In this document: positions 1-9,177 of the stretch, piece after piece
How positions within the stretch are numbered: position 1 is the stretch's first letter
How the letters are laid out: each line of letters opens with the position of its first letter
Assembly: GCA_963718745.1 (NCBI GenBank)
Contig: OY970370.1
Coordinates: 1,479,904 to 1,543,903 of the forward strand
Source of the DNA: Candidatus Fermentibacterota bacterium
GTDB taxonomy: Bacteria; Fermentibacterota; Fermentibacteria; Fermentibacterales; Fermentibacteraceae
Reading direction: 5' to 3'
DNA length: 64,000 nucleotides
Notes under the pieces: model-generated
What the model was told of the DNA's origin: nothing
What the model saw: only the letters and a program-made list of their open reading frames with translations
Database searches by the model: none
Translations under genes and position numbers: made by a program

Positions 1-87
1 CGCGAACGCTCCTGCCAGGAAGTGCAGCCCGGGGAGAGCCGTAGCAATCCCGAGCGCGATCTTTCGCAGAATCCGGCCCTTGTTCAT
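1..87 (-). CDS. partial gene (5' end only): hypothetical secreted protein, N-terminus MNKGRILRKIALGIATALPGLHFLAGAFA... running off window edge
   Basis: ATG at 85-87 on minus strand opens a frame with a signal-peptide-like N-terminus that is open to position 1; downstream of rpsR. Confidence 0.3.
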   Translation of the reverse strand, partial: MNKGRILRKIALGIATALPGLHFLAGAFA

Positions 88-142
88 CGCCCGCTCCAGC
101 CGAAGCCCTGGAATCCGTCCAGGCAACCCCTGCGGTCCAGTC

Positions 143-427
143 CTACCGGAAATGTTCTCTTACGTAGGGGATTATCGCAAGGAAGCGCGCCACTTTCACC
201 GAGCGGGCCACTGCCCTCTGATGCCTGGCGCAGTTTCCCGACACCCTCCTCGGGACGATCTTTCCCCTGTCGGAGACATAGCGGCCCAGCAGACGCTCGT
301 TCTTGTAGGAGATGACGAGCTCGGGGGATATGCAGAACCTGCACTTCTTCTTCTTCATCACCTTCAGGTTCGTGCGCTTCTTCTTGATCAAGAGTTCCCT
401 TCCTTTCTCTTCGCCACGGTTTGACAT
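143..427 (-). CDS. rpsR: 30S ribosomal protein S18
   Basis: 94 aa; CRFC...ISYKN...RGKI.PRR.SG.CARHQR motif typical of S18. Confidence 0.9.
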   Translation of the reverse strand: MSNRGEEKGRELLIKKKRTNLKVMKKKKCRFCISPELVISYKNERLLGRYVSDRGKIVPRRVSGNCARHQRAVARSVKVARFLAIIPYVREHFR

Positions 428-441
428 ACGGATCTGCGGCC

Positions 442-789
442 TCAGCCGCCGAGTATCTCGAGCCTGGACGCCTTCAGGACCATCCGCCTCCGGACCGCCC
501 TGCCGGTCACCTCGAACTCTCTGCTCGAGAGGGTTCCCTCCGCGAAGACACAGGTGCCGGCGACAAGGGCTCGATCAGAGTCACGGGCCTGGTCTCCCCA
601 GATCTCCACGTCGAAGACCTCGATCGTCTCCCCGCCCGCATCGTCCCTTCTGGGCATGGCCAGCTCGAACTCGAGCACATACAGCCCCTTCTGGGTCACC
701 TTGATGTGCTGTCTGCTCTGGACTCTGCCTGACAGGAAGAACCGGTTGAGCAGGGGAGGATATGCGTCCCGGCCTGCCTCCATCAACAC
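442..789 (-). CDS. OB-fold PriB/SSB-like protein between ssb and rpsR
   Basis: 115 aa, pattern NRFFLSGRV...LEFELA...VFDVEIWG resembles PriB/SSB OB fold; position rpsF-ssb-X-rpsR matches priB locus. Confidence 0.5.
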   Translation of the reverse strand: MLMEAGRDAYPPLLNRFFLSGRVQSRQHIKVTQKGLYVLEFELAMPRRDDAGGETIEVFDVEIWGDQARDSDRALVAGTCVFAEGTLSSREFEVTGRAVRRRMVLKASRLEILGG

Positions 790-792
790 CGC

Positions 793-1242
793 CTAGAATG
801 GGATGTCGTCATACTCCGCATCGCTGTCCGGAGGTTCCTCCGCCTGCGTGTAGGGCGCCTTCTCCTCCCGGGCGGTCGATTCGACCTTCTGCTGCTGTCC
901 CGGACGCTCGAGGAACTGGACCCGCCTGGCGACGATCTCCACCCTGCTCCGCGGCGAGCCGTCCTGAGCCTGCCAGGAGCTCGTCTGGAGCTCCCCTTCG
1001 ACGAGGACCGGACTGCCCTTGCGGAGATACTCTGCCACGAGCTCGGCAGTCCTCCTCCAGGCGACCACGTCGACGAAACACGTCTTCTCGTGCCATTCTC
1101 CGTCGCGTCCCCTGAAGGACTGGCTGCTGGCCAGGCGGAAGTTGGCGACATGCGTGCCGTTCTCCAGCAGGTCCGTCCTGGGTTCGTCGACGAGGTTCCC
1201 GGAGATCATGACGCGATTGATGCTCGGCATTCTGATGTTCAT
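793..1242 (-). CDS. ssb: single-stranded DNA-binding protein
   Basis: 149 aa, N-terminal OB fold (VMISGNLVDEPR...), acidic tail ending DDIPF. Confidence 0.9.
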   Translation of the reverse strand: MNIRMPSINRVMISGNLVDEPRTDLLENGTHVANFRLASSQSFRGRDGEWHEKTCFVDVVAWRRTAELVAEYLRKGSPVLVEGELQTSSWQAQDGSPRSRVEIVARRVQFLERPGQQQKVESTAREEKAPYTQAEEPPDSDAEYDDIPF

Positions 1243-1251
1243 TCTTGGAAC

Positions 1252-1659
1252 CTACTCCTCCGCGTCCTGCTCGGATTCGTCCTCTGAGTCGAACTCGTCG
1301 GTGAAGGCCGGTTCTTCCGGCATCGCAGCCTCGTCCTGGATCCTGTCCTCTCCAGCCGTCACCCGGCTGTCGTCGAGCCTGAGGTTCAGATGGCGGAGGC
1401 AGTTCTCGTCTATCTTCAGGTTCCAGTCGATGGCGGCGCTCACCTCTTCGGTCCCGTTCCAGCGGATGAAGTAGTAGACGCCCTCGGTCTGCTTCTTCAG
1501 CGGGAAGGTGAGCAGCCTCCTGCCCCACTGCTGGGTTCCCGTGTGGACTCCATGCGCCTTCCCGATCAGATCGACGATCTTGGAGACTTCCTGCTCCAGT
1601 TCCGTCTCCGACAGGGAGGCGCTGAGGATCACGGCGGTCTCGTAACTGCGCAAAAGCAT
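1252..1659 (-). CDS. rpsF: 30S ribosomal protein S6
   Basis: MLLRSYETAVIL... S6 signature, acidic C-terminal tail; start at ATG 1659 preceded by GAGGAGG; ORF-track start 1908 is an upstream extension. Confidence 0.9.
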   Translation of the reverse strand: MLLRSYETAVILSASLSETELEQEVSKIVDLIGKAHGVHTGTQQWGRRLLTFPLKKQTEGVYYFIRWNGTEEVSAAIDWNLKIDENCLRHLNLRLDDSRVTAGEDRIQDEAAMPEEPAFTDEFDSEDESEQDAEE

Positions 1660-1928
1660 TCCTCCTCTTTGTGGAGAGACTGTTGACAGATGCGAAGCCG
1701 CCCGGAAAAACAGGGACTCCCGCAGCATGTGCGGGAATGCAGGCAGGTGTCGCTTCCGGACGGGTGACGCATCGATCACCACGGCCGCGCATCCGACAGC
1801 GCGGCAAACGACAGCCCGTTTATCGCCCGGCACGCGCACCCGGTCAAGCCCCGTGCGGGAGTTGACCCCCTGCTCCGGGGGGGAGATACTCGAAATGGAA
1901 TAGGACACCCGGACCCTGGAGGGATGAT

Positions 1929-2420
1929 GTGAGAACTGTTTTCCCGCTCCTGGCGCTGCTCCTGCTCCCGGCAGTCCTGCCCTCCGTCGCCTTTGCGCAG
2001 CTCGACGGTCTGGGGGTCGGGATCATCGCCGGCGATCCCACCGGCCTCTGCCTGAAGAGCTGGCTCTCCCAGAAGTCGGCACTCGAAGTGGCGGCGGCAT
2101 GGTCGTTCGAGGGCGAAGGGGGATTCTTCCTGGCGGCAGATTACGTACTGCACTCCTTCGGCATAATGAATGAACCCGAAGCCGATCTCGACGGCCTGAT
2201 GTTCACGTACGGCCTCGGAGGGAAGGTCTACTTCCGCGACGGGAACGACGAAGACGACGACGGAGAGGTCGTACTGGGGCTGCGCATCCCCCTGGGCCTC
2301 TGCTACCCCTTCGAGGGGGCTCCTGTAGACATGTTCGTGCAGCTCGCCCCGGTGATGGATGTCGTCCCGGAGACGGAGCTGGGATTGAACGGCGGCATCG
2401 GGGCGAGGCTCTACTTCTAG
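1929..2420 (+). CDS. small outer-membrane beta-barrel-like protein
   Basis: GTG start after GGAGGG; signal peptide MRTVFPLLALLLLPAVLPSVAFA; ends in aromatic F; alternating hydrophobic strands. Confidence 0.5.
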   Translation: MRTVFPLLALLLLPAVLPSVAFAQLDGLGVGIIAGDPTGLCLKSWLSQKSALEVAAAWSFEGEGGFFLAADYVLHSFGIMNEPEADLDGLMFTYGLGGKVYFRDGNDEDDDGEVVLGLRIPLGLCYPFEGAPVDMFVQLAPVMDVVPETELGLNGGIGARLYF

Positions 2421-3922
2421 CCCGTCTGCCCGATCCACAGGTTGCCCGAGGGATAGCCGGGGTCGCTCGTGACATTGACGCCCAGCTCCCTCAGCCCCAT
2501 CGCATCCCCTGCGCCGGGCAGCGACGTGATGTGCGCGTCACAGTTCCGCAGCCGCGATAGCGATTTCATCGCGAGATCCGCTGCAGGGCTGGTCATGGCG
2601 CTGACCGAGAGGGCTATCAGGACCTCCTGCAGATCCAGTTCCGGCGACACGGTTCCGAGGATGGTCTGCTTGAGCCTCGCGATCGACGAGATGGTGCCCG
2701 GCGACAGGAGGTGCATCTCCTGCGGCAGGCCGGAGAGGACCTTCGACGCGTTCAGCACGAGCGCCGCCGAGGCCGACATCAGAGCCGACGTCTTGCCCCT
2801 GACTACCGTTCCGTCGGCAAGTTCGAGCGCGGCGCCCTGGGGATTCGGTCCGTTCGACCCGGCCTTCTCCTCCCTGGCGGGGAGGACGACGATCCGCCTC
2901 TCCGGGGACAGCCCGTACTGCTCGAGGAGGGACTCGGCCTTGGCTACCGCGTTGCTCTCCACCAGACCCGTGACGTACTCGCACCTGTACCTGAAGTACC
3001 TCCGGATCAGCTCCTGGCCGGCCGCCTCCCTGAGGACTCCGTCGTCCAGTATGCCCTCTGCGATCCTGTTGACTCCCATCTCGGTCGGTGACCGGTAGGT
3101 TATCGTCCTGCCCGTGATCTTCTCGAAGACCCGCTGCAGGAGAGGGAATGCCTCGACGTCCCTGTTGTAGTTCACGGCCTCGGTGCCTGTCGCCTCGAGA
3201 TGGAACGGGTCGATCATGTTGAAGTCCGCGATGTCCGCCGTAGCAGCCTCGTAGGCCGCATTCACGGGGTGGTCCAGGGGAAGGTTCCATACCGGGAAGG
3301 ATTCGAACTTCGCATAGCCCGCGGGGGTACCGAGCAAGTGCTCGTGGTAGATCTGCGAGAGGCAGGTGGCGAGCTTGCCGCTGCCCGGACCGGGCCCGGT
3401 CACGATGACCAGGGGTTTCGAGCAGGGGATGTAGGCGTTGCGTCCATAGCCCTCCTCGCTCGCTATCCGGTCGATCTCCGAAGGATACCCCATCGTCGGG
3501 GGATGGGCGCAGACGTTGACCCCCCTCCTCGACAGGCCCTTCATGAACGCCTCCGCCGCAGGCTGACCCCTGTACCGGGTCACGACCACGCTCTTCACGG
3601 GCAGGCCGTTCGATCTGAGCTCGTCGATCAGCTTCAGCGCGTCCACGTCGTATGTGATCCCGAAATCCCCGCGGAGCCGCCTCTTCTCTATGTCCCCGGC
3701 ATGGATGCAGACGAGTATCTCCGCATCCTCGCTCAGTTCCTTGAGAAGCCTCAGTTTGACGTTGGGATCGTAGCCCGGGAGGACTCTCGCGGCATGGAAG
3801 TCGTACAGGAGCTTCCCGCCGAACTCGAGATAAAGCCTTCCCTCCACGGCGGCTATCCTCTCGACGATGGCCCGCTTCTGGACCTCCAGGTACCTTTCGC
3901 AGTCGAATCCGACTCTGTGCAC
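2417..3922 (-). CDS. DUF1846 (UPF0371) family protein
   Basis: ~500 aa; N-terminus ...VGFDCERYLEVQKRAIVERI typical of DUF1846; GTG start at 3922 after GGGGAGG (ORF track TTG 3937). Confidence 0.6.
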   Translation of the reverse strand: MHRVGFDCERYLEVQKRAIVERIAAVEGRLYLEFGGKLLYDFHAARVLPGYDPNVKLRLLKELSEDAEILVCIHAGDIEKRRLRGDFGITYDVDALKLIDELRSNGLPVKSVVVTRYRGQPAAEAFMKGLSRRGVNVCAHPPTMGYPSEIDRIASEEGYGRNAYIPCSKPLVIVTGPGPGSGKLATCLSQIYHEHLLGTPAGYAKFESFPVWNLPLDHPVNAAYEAATADIADFNMIDPFHLEATGTEAVNYNRDVEAFPLLQRVFEKITGRTITYRSPTEMGVNRIAEGILDDGVLREAAGQELIRRYFRYRCEYVTGLVESNAVAKAESLLEQYGLSPERRIVVLPAREEKAGSNGPNPQGAALELADGTVVRGKTSALMSASAALVLNASKVLSGLPQEMHLLSPGTISSIARLKQTILGTVSPELDLQEVLIALSVSAMTSPAADLAMKSLSRLRNCDAHITSLPGAGDAMGLRELGVNVTSDPGYPSGNLWIGQTG

Positions 3923-3943
3923 TCGGAGCCTCCCCAATAAGGA

Positions 3944-3966
3944 GGGCGGGGCCGGGGGCCCCGCCC
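3944..3966 (-). terminator. GC hairpin (GGGCGGGGCC-ggg-GGCCCCGCCC) followed on minus strand by UCCUUAUU; candidate intrinsic terminator of the C25 peptidase gene
   Basis: 10-bp perfect GC stem 26 nt downstream of the 3992 stop, U-rich tail. Confidence 0.3.
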
Positions 3967-3991
3967 TGGACCTATGTCAGTCGAACCCTGT

Positions 3992-6271
3992 CTACCGGAT
4001 CACCATGACCTGGCGGGAGACCGAGCCCGACGGCGTGTTCAGCCTGAAGAAGTAAACGCCGTTGGAGACCGTGCCGGTCTGCCACTCGACCGAGTGTTCG
4101 CCCGCGGAGAGATCGGTTGCGATTATGCTCTCGACGAGACGCCCCGTGACATCGTAGACCGCCAGGTCCACCCTGCCGGCGACGGGGTTGGAGAAGGAGA
4201 GCATGGCCGAGGTTGTAACCGGGTTGGGGGAGGGAAGACCCATCCACAGCTCGGTCATGTCACCGGCATCTCCGTCCCCGATGCCCACGCCGATCGTCCA
4301 GAAGATCGAGGCGCTCCTGCAGTTGTGCATGGAGGCTCCGGCGTGGATCGTTCCCGAGGCTGGGAGCGTGACGTTGAAGGAGACCTGGCCCGAGGCGTTC
4401 GATACGGCCTCCTCGTAGAAGGTAGGCTCGACGGCCGTACCCATGACGCCGTCGGTCAGCACCACCGTGGCGCCCTCGACCGGAACGCCCTCGGAGGTGA
4501 CGGTCAGCGCTACGGTCTGGGTGCCCGGATCGAGCTGGGCAGGGCCGCCGATGCTCAGGATGCCGTATTCGTCCATGGAGTCGAAGGTCCATATATCCAT
4601 GGCCGGATCGCCGAACCAGAAGTACATCTTGGCGTTCGCTACGCCCAGGTCCGGGTGCTGGGCGATCGTGATCTCGGTGGTCGCGCAGACGGCCTCGCCT
4701 ATCGCGAAGACGCCCGTGTCATAGATTGCCTTGTAGAGTTCCTTCATGTAGGTGTGGTTGGCCTCGGTGTAGGACGGGTCGTTCGCCGCGAGGTTGCCGG
4801 AGGAGCCGTTCGTCGCGAACTGCCAGCTCTCGGCGAGGCATTCGGACGCCTCCTGGTAGCGGCCGCAGTAGCAGGCGATGTTGAACACCGGAGGCATGAA
4901 CGTGTTGGTCAGGGCGTTGATGTTGGCTGCGTTCCAGCCGGGGCTCCACGACCACACCGTCACGTCTCCGTGACCGCGGTATCCTACCGTCCCGACGGAG
5001 TTGTTGATGGCGTCGGACACCATCTGTGCGGTTCCGCCCTCGGGAGGGTAGACCTTCGTGAATGTGATCTCGCAAAGCCCGTAGTCGTAGGATGCTATCT
5101 GGTTGCAGCAGAGCGTGTACTTGTTCGGGTACTGCTCCTCGTGGGCCGCGAGAACCGTCTCGCTCGGGGTTATGCCGGTCGTGTTCGCGTCATCGAAGGA
5201 GTACTGGAGATAGCCGTCGACGATCTTGTCGACCTGGTGCTCGATCTGTGCCACCGTGCCCGTCAGGCGGCCGACGGCGATCTCGGGGAGGAAGTCACCG
5301 CCGGTGAGGCATGCATAGTAGTGGTCTCCCACATGGGAGCCGTAGTTGTAGGAGGGCAGCTCCGCGTGGGAGCCCACGATGAGGGCGAACCGGGTGATGC
5401 CCGTTTCGTAGTTGTCGGCTATCGCGCCGTAGATCGCTCCGGGGTTCGAAGGTGTCGCCAGGACTTCGACCTGGACCTTGAGCCCCAGCCAGTTGTGCAT
5501 CTCGTAAAGAGGGGCCACTGCGGCCTGGTTCTCGGCCGTGCATACCACGATGTACTCGGCTCCGCTCCTCGTGCCGTCCGTGCGCGCGGTCGAGCGGAAG
5601 GTGCCGAAGTTGACGAGGGCATCGGACATGGCGCGCTCCATGCCCGGGGTGACGGTCTGAGAGATCATCTCGGCGTCACCTGTGAAGTCGACCCTGATCC
5701 TCATGCTGGAAGCGGCGCGAAGCTCGCCCGAGGCGACGTCGTAGCTGAACGGGTTGACCACCAGCCTGGCGCAGTGCATGCCCGCCCACGAGGCGTCCAT
5801 GTCCGTGGAGGCCCACGCGTCGGGAGTCGTCGCTCCGCGGGCGCTGTAGATCCTGTCGTTCCTCTCGAAGGGCCAGGGTGCGTGGGGCATGTCTATCTCG
5901 GCCGGCTGCCTCGGCAGGATGGAGAGGTCCTGGAAGGTGGAGTATTCGACACTCTCGACGGTCACCTCGGCGCGCGTGCCGAAGGGCAGCGCGAACATCA
6001 CCGGATAGGCGGGGAGTTCAGGGAAGCCGACCTCGCCCTGGGGGGTGCATCCGGGCATCTCCAGCCTGTCCCAGGTGGTTCCTCCGCCCGGGAAGGAGTA
6101 GAGCCAGAACCCTCCGAACGTCACGTCGGCGACGATGTGTTCCTGATCGGACTCGACGAGGCTGAAGCCAGGCGCTGCGCCTATGGCTCCGCCGGTCGAC
6201 TGCCACTGGTAGGAATCTCCCGCTGCTAGAACGAGAGTGAAAGGAATCAAGGCCAGAAGCAGATGCTTCAT
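3992..6271 (-). CDS. peptidase C25 (gingipain-like) with T9SS C-terminal sorting domain
   Basis: signal peptide MKHLLLALIPFTLVLAAG; catalytic-region motifs YRGHGD... and NIACYCG resemble RgpB His/Cys sites; C-terminal ~80 aa T9SS-type CTD (LAVYDVTGRLV...GVYFFRL). Confidence 0.8.
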   Translation of the reverse strand: MKHLLLALIPFTLVLAAGDSYQWQSTGGAIGAAPGFSLVESDQEHIVADVTFGGFWLYSFPGGGTTWDRLEMPGCTPQGEVGFPELPAYPVMFALPFGTRAEVTVESVEYSTFQDLSILPRQPAEIDMPHAPWPFERNDRIYSARGATTPDAWASTDMDASWAGMHCARLVVNPFSYDVASGELRAASSMRIRVDFTGDAEMISQTVTPGMERAMSDALVNFGTFRSTARTDGTRSGAEYIVVCTAENQAAVAPLYEMHNWLGLKVQVEVLATPSNPGAIYGAIADNYETGITRFALIVGSHAELPSYNYGSHVGDHYYACLTGGDFLPEIAVGRLTGTVAQIEHQVDKIVDGYLQYSFDDANTTGITPSETVLAAHEEQYPNKYTLCCNQIASYDYGLCEITFTKVYPPEGGTAQMVSDAINNSVGTVGYRGHGDVTVWSWSPGWNAANINALTNTFMPPVFNIACYCGRYQEASECLAESWQFATNGSSGNLAANDPSYTEANHTYMKELYKAIYDTGVFAIGEAVCATTEITIAQHPDLGVANAKMYFWFGDPAMDIWTFDSMDEYGILSIGGPAQLDPGTQTVALTVTSEGVPVEGATVVLTDGVMGTAVEPTFYEEAVSNASGQVSFNVTLPASGTIHAGASMHNCRSASIFWTIGVGIGDGDAGDMTELWMGLPSPNPVTTSAMLSFSNPVAGRVDLAVYDVTGRLVESIIATDLSAGEHSVEWQTGTVSNGVYFFRLNTPSGSVSRQVMVIR

Positions 6272-6403
6272 CCCGACGCCCCTTTCCATAAGGGTACTAC
6301 ACCCGTTCGACCCGGTCACGGTCCATCGACAGATTCAACGTACATTCTGACTCCACCGTTCCCCGGGGTCAAGGCTTCGTTGACTTGCGCCACGGGGTGC
6401 TCC

Positions 6404-7132
6404 ATGTTGCAGCACACCAAAAAGGAGGTCGCCTTGAGAAATCTGATTCTTGTCCCGATCATGGTCGCAGCGGCTCTCGCCGGACCCAGATTCGGCGGAA
6501 GGGTCGGCTACTACAGCGGCAACGATCCCAGGACCGAGGACGGAGGCAGCAGCCCGATCTTCGGAGGCCAGATCCTCCTTCCGCTCATGGAGATGGTGTC
6601 GGTCGAGCTCAGCGCGGGCTATGCCTCCACCGAGACGGACATCATGATGCAGGACTATCTCCTCAACTACATCGAGCAGGAGGAGGGCGTGAGCTTCGGG
6701 GGCGACATCGACTCCCTCAGGAGCTACCTCGAGGAGGAATGGGGCTGGACGGCTCCCGAGGAGGCCGATCTCCTCGAGAACTACACCGCGACCTTCCACG
6801 ACCTCGATCTCGCGGCCACGCTGAAGATCAACCTGCCCGTCGGCAGCATCCCCATCGAGCCATACATCGGCGGCGGCGGCGGAGCGCACATCATAGTCAG
6901 CGACGCCGACCTGCTGATCCAGTACGTGGAGCAGCAGACCGGACAGGGTTCGCCCCTGGACGTCTACGACAAGGTGCATCCCTCGGTACACGGCGTGATC
7001 GGAGCCAACTTCCAGCCCGCCATGCTGCCCCTGGGATTCTTCGCCGAGTACAGGTATGCCAGGGCGCTCGGAAACGAGGCTGCCTCCGGAGCGATCAGCA
7101 CGGTATACGCAGGTTTCAACCTGGGGTTCTGA
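6404..7132 (+). CDS. outer-membrane beta-barrel (porin-like) protein
   Basis: signal peptide MLQHTKKEVALRNLILVPIMVAAALA, C-terminal ...YAGFNLGF aromatic end; opposite-strand 630-aa ORF judged spurious. Confidence 0.5.
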   Translation: MLQHTKKEVALRNLILVPIMVAAALAGPRFGGRVGYYSGNDPRTEDGGSSPIFGGQILLPLMEMVSVELSAGYASTETDIMMQDYLLNYIEQEEGVSFGGDIDSLRSYLEEEWGWTAPEEADLLENYTATFHDLDLAATLKINLPVGSIPIEPYIGGGGGAHIIVSDADLLIQYVEQQTGQGSPLDVYDKVHPSVHGVIGANFQPAMLPLGFFAEYRYARALGNEAASGAISTVYAGFNLGF

Positions 7133-7246
7133 GGGGCCGGCAGGCATCCCCCGGCTCGGCAGGGGATTGGACGCGGCAGCGTTTATGAGCGATGATTTCA
7201 ATGTGTTTTGGATGATCGTTCGATTGAGTCCGAAGGGGGGTGCAGC

Positions 7247-8218
7247 GTGAACAGGTTTGTTCAGGTGATGTTCCTGGTCCTGTCCGTCGCCTCCGCCCAG
7301 ACCGTGATCGGGACCCTGGATGCTCCCGACACGAACATAAGCGGCCTCGCCTACGGCGGAGGATCGCTCTGGGCGGTGGACGGCGTGACCAACTATCTCC
7401 ACAGCGTCGATCCGGTCACCGGTGAAGTACTCGGCTCCTGGTACGTGGCTCCGGTATCGGGCGAAACCCCGACCGGATGCGCCTTCGGGAACAACACGGT
7501 CTACGTCGGCCTGTCCAACGACTATGTCAACATGTACAACATCTCCGGGGAGTATCAGGGCCAGTTCACCGTAGCCTGTTGAGGAAGCCAACTCTCGTCG
7601 GTGACGGGACTGGGTTCTGATGCAAGCAAGCTCTATGCGATAGGTGCAAGCAGCTACGGCTACTCGGTGGAGACATACACCTGGACGGGGACCGTCGGCT
7701 CCACTCCATATGTGAACAGCTTCACGGGTCTCGTGACCCCCTACGACTGCGACTTCAGTGGTGGACTCATCTGGACGGCATGCGACGGAGCGGACAGCCC
7801 TGTGAAGGCCTTCAACACCTCGGGCACCCTCATGAACATGATCCCCGGCGAACTCGTCGCCAACGCCGCCAGGGGTGTCGCCTTCGAGTCTGAGAACATT
7901 GTGTGGGTGAGCAATCCCGAGACGGACAAGCTCTACAGGATCGATCTCAGCCTCGGCACCGGCGGTGAGGAGGGCGGCATGGAGCCCGTCACTCTCGGCG
8001 CCAGCGCCAATCCCTTCTCGGCAACCGTCGAGATCGAGGGTTCGGGTTTCGGCGACGGAGCGACCCTCGAGATCTTCGACATGAGCGGTCGCATGATCGA
8101 GAGTGCCGCTTTCGACGGCGCTTTCTTCTGGAACGGCTCGAACGCCCCGTCGGGCGCCTACATCGTCAGGGTCGCCGACGGCGAATCGCTGGAGAGCCTC
8201 AGGCTCGTCAAGTTCTAG
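7247..8218 (+). pseudogene. secreted beta-propeller-like protein with T9SS CTD, interrupted by a single in-frame TGA at 7580-7582
   Basis: ORFs 7208..7582 and 7601..8218 are in the same frame separated only by TGA + 6 codons; N-part has signal peptide, C-part has T9SS CTD (LEIFDMSGRMIE...GAYIVRV). Confidence 0.55.
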
Positions 8219-8272
8219 ATCCGGCATCCGCCGGTCCGGGGGGCTGCGCCACAGGGCGCGGCCCCTTCCTTA

Positions 8273-9052
8273 TCAGACCCGGGGCATCCCCTCGAGCAGC
8301 GCGTCCATGATCCCGGGCGCCGCCGCCAGCGCGCCGCCCGACTCTACCGTCCACCTCCGCCCGCCCCATCCGAGCGCCAGTCCGCCGGCCTCCTTCACCA
8401 GGAGGACCCCTGCGGCCATGTCCCAGGGCCGCAGGTGCTCCTCCCAGAACCCGTCGAGCCTGCCGCACGCGACATAGGAAAGGTCCAGGGCGGCCGACCC
8501 TGACCTCCGGATGCCTCTCACCCGCCCGAGGAGGTACAGGAGCGGGGCGACGTCGAAGCCGAGATCCTCCACGGATCTCCTGTACGGGAAGCCTGTCGCG
8601 AGTATCGATTCTTCCAGGCATGATGCAGCGCTCACGGAGATCCGCCGGCCCGAGAGGAAGGAACCCTGCTCCCTGGCGGCGGTGAAGGTCTCCCCGCGGA
8701 CGGGGTCGTGCACGCATGCTGCAGCCGGACCTCGTTCGTCCACGAATGCTATCGATACGGAGAAGAACGGATAACCGTGGGCATAGTTCGCCGTTCCGTC
8801 CAGCGGATCGACGAGCCAGCAGGGTTCACCCTCTCCCGGCGCCGCCGCCCCGCCCTCCTCGCCGATGAACGGGACTCCGGGCAGCCCTGTCCCGAGAATC
8901 GAGCGGATGCGGTCCTCACTCTCGAGATCGGCCTCCGTCACGAACTCGCGCCATGCCTTGCCCTCGATCCTGTGCTGCCGCCCGAACTTCGACATCAGGA
9001 GGATGCCCGCCTCCTCCGCCGCTCTCCTTGCCAGGTCGAGAATACCGTCCAA
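8273..9052 (-). CDS. inositol monophosphatase family protein
   Basis: WLVDPLDGTANYAHGYPFFSVSIA and WDMAAG motifs of IMPase/SuhB. Confidence 0.8.
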   Translation of the reverse strand: MDGILDLARRAAEEAGILLMSKFGRQHRIEGKAWREFVTEADLESEDRIRSILGTGLPGVPFIGEEGGAAAPGEGEPCWLVDPLDGTANYAHGYPFFSVSIAFVDERGPAAACVHDPVRGETFTAAREQGSFLSGRRISVSAASCLEESILATGFPYRRSVEDLGFDVAPLLYLLGRVRGIRRSGSAALDLSYVACGRLDGFWEEHLRPWDMAAGVLLVKEAGGLALGWGGRRWTVESGGALAAAPGIMDALLEGMPRV

Positions 9053-9177
9053 GCGAACTCCTTCCTCCCGTGCTCCGGTATCATATTCAAATGCATTCCC
9101 GTACCGGGTCCGGTCGGGATGCGGGCTGATCTTGCGGACGGACGGGGAGGTGCCTCCTGAGAGCTACCATCATCAGA

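Noticed and set aside
809-1807. 332-aa minus-strand ORF spanning ssb and rpsF in another frame
   Set aside because: Arg/Gly-rich spurious frame. It overlaps two well-supported ribosomal-operon genes.
3974-6229. 751-aa plus-strand ORF antisense to the C25 peptidase
   Set aside because: Low-complexity G/R/A/V-rich translation. The minus-strand gene has clear family motifs.
7580-7582. TGA as a selenocysteine codon (Cys-Sec)
   Set aside because: There is no redox-enzyme context and no obvious SECIS hairpin with a GGUC-type loop immediately downstream (only a weak 4-bp CGUC/GACG stem). A pseudogene or sequencing error is more parsimonious. It is kept as a low-probability alternative in the findings.
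6335-8227. 630-aa minus-strand ORF overlapping three plus-strand genes
   Set aside because: Arg/Gly/Ala/Asp-rich low-complexity translation typical of antisense frames in high-GC DNA. The plus-strand genes have signal peptides, T9SS CTDs and RBSs.
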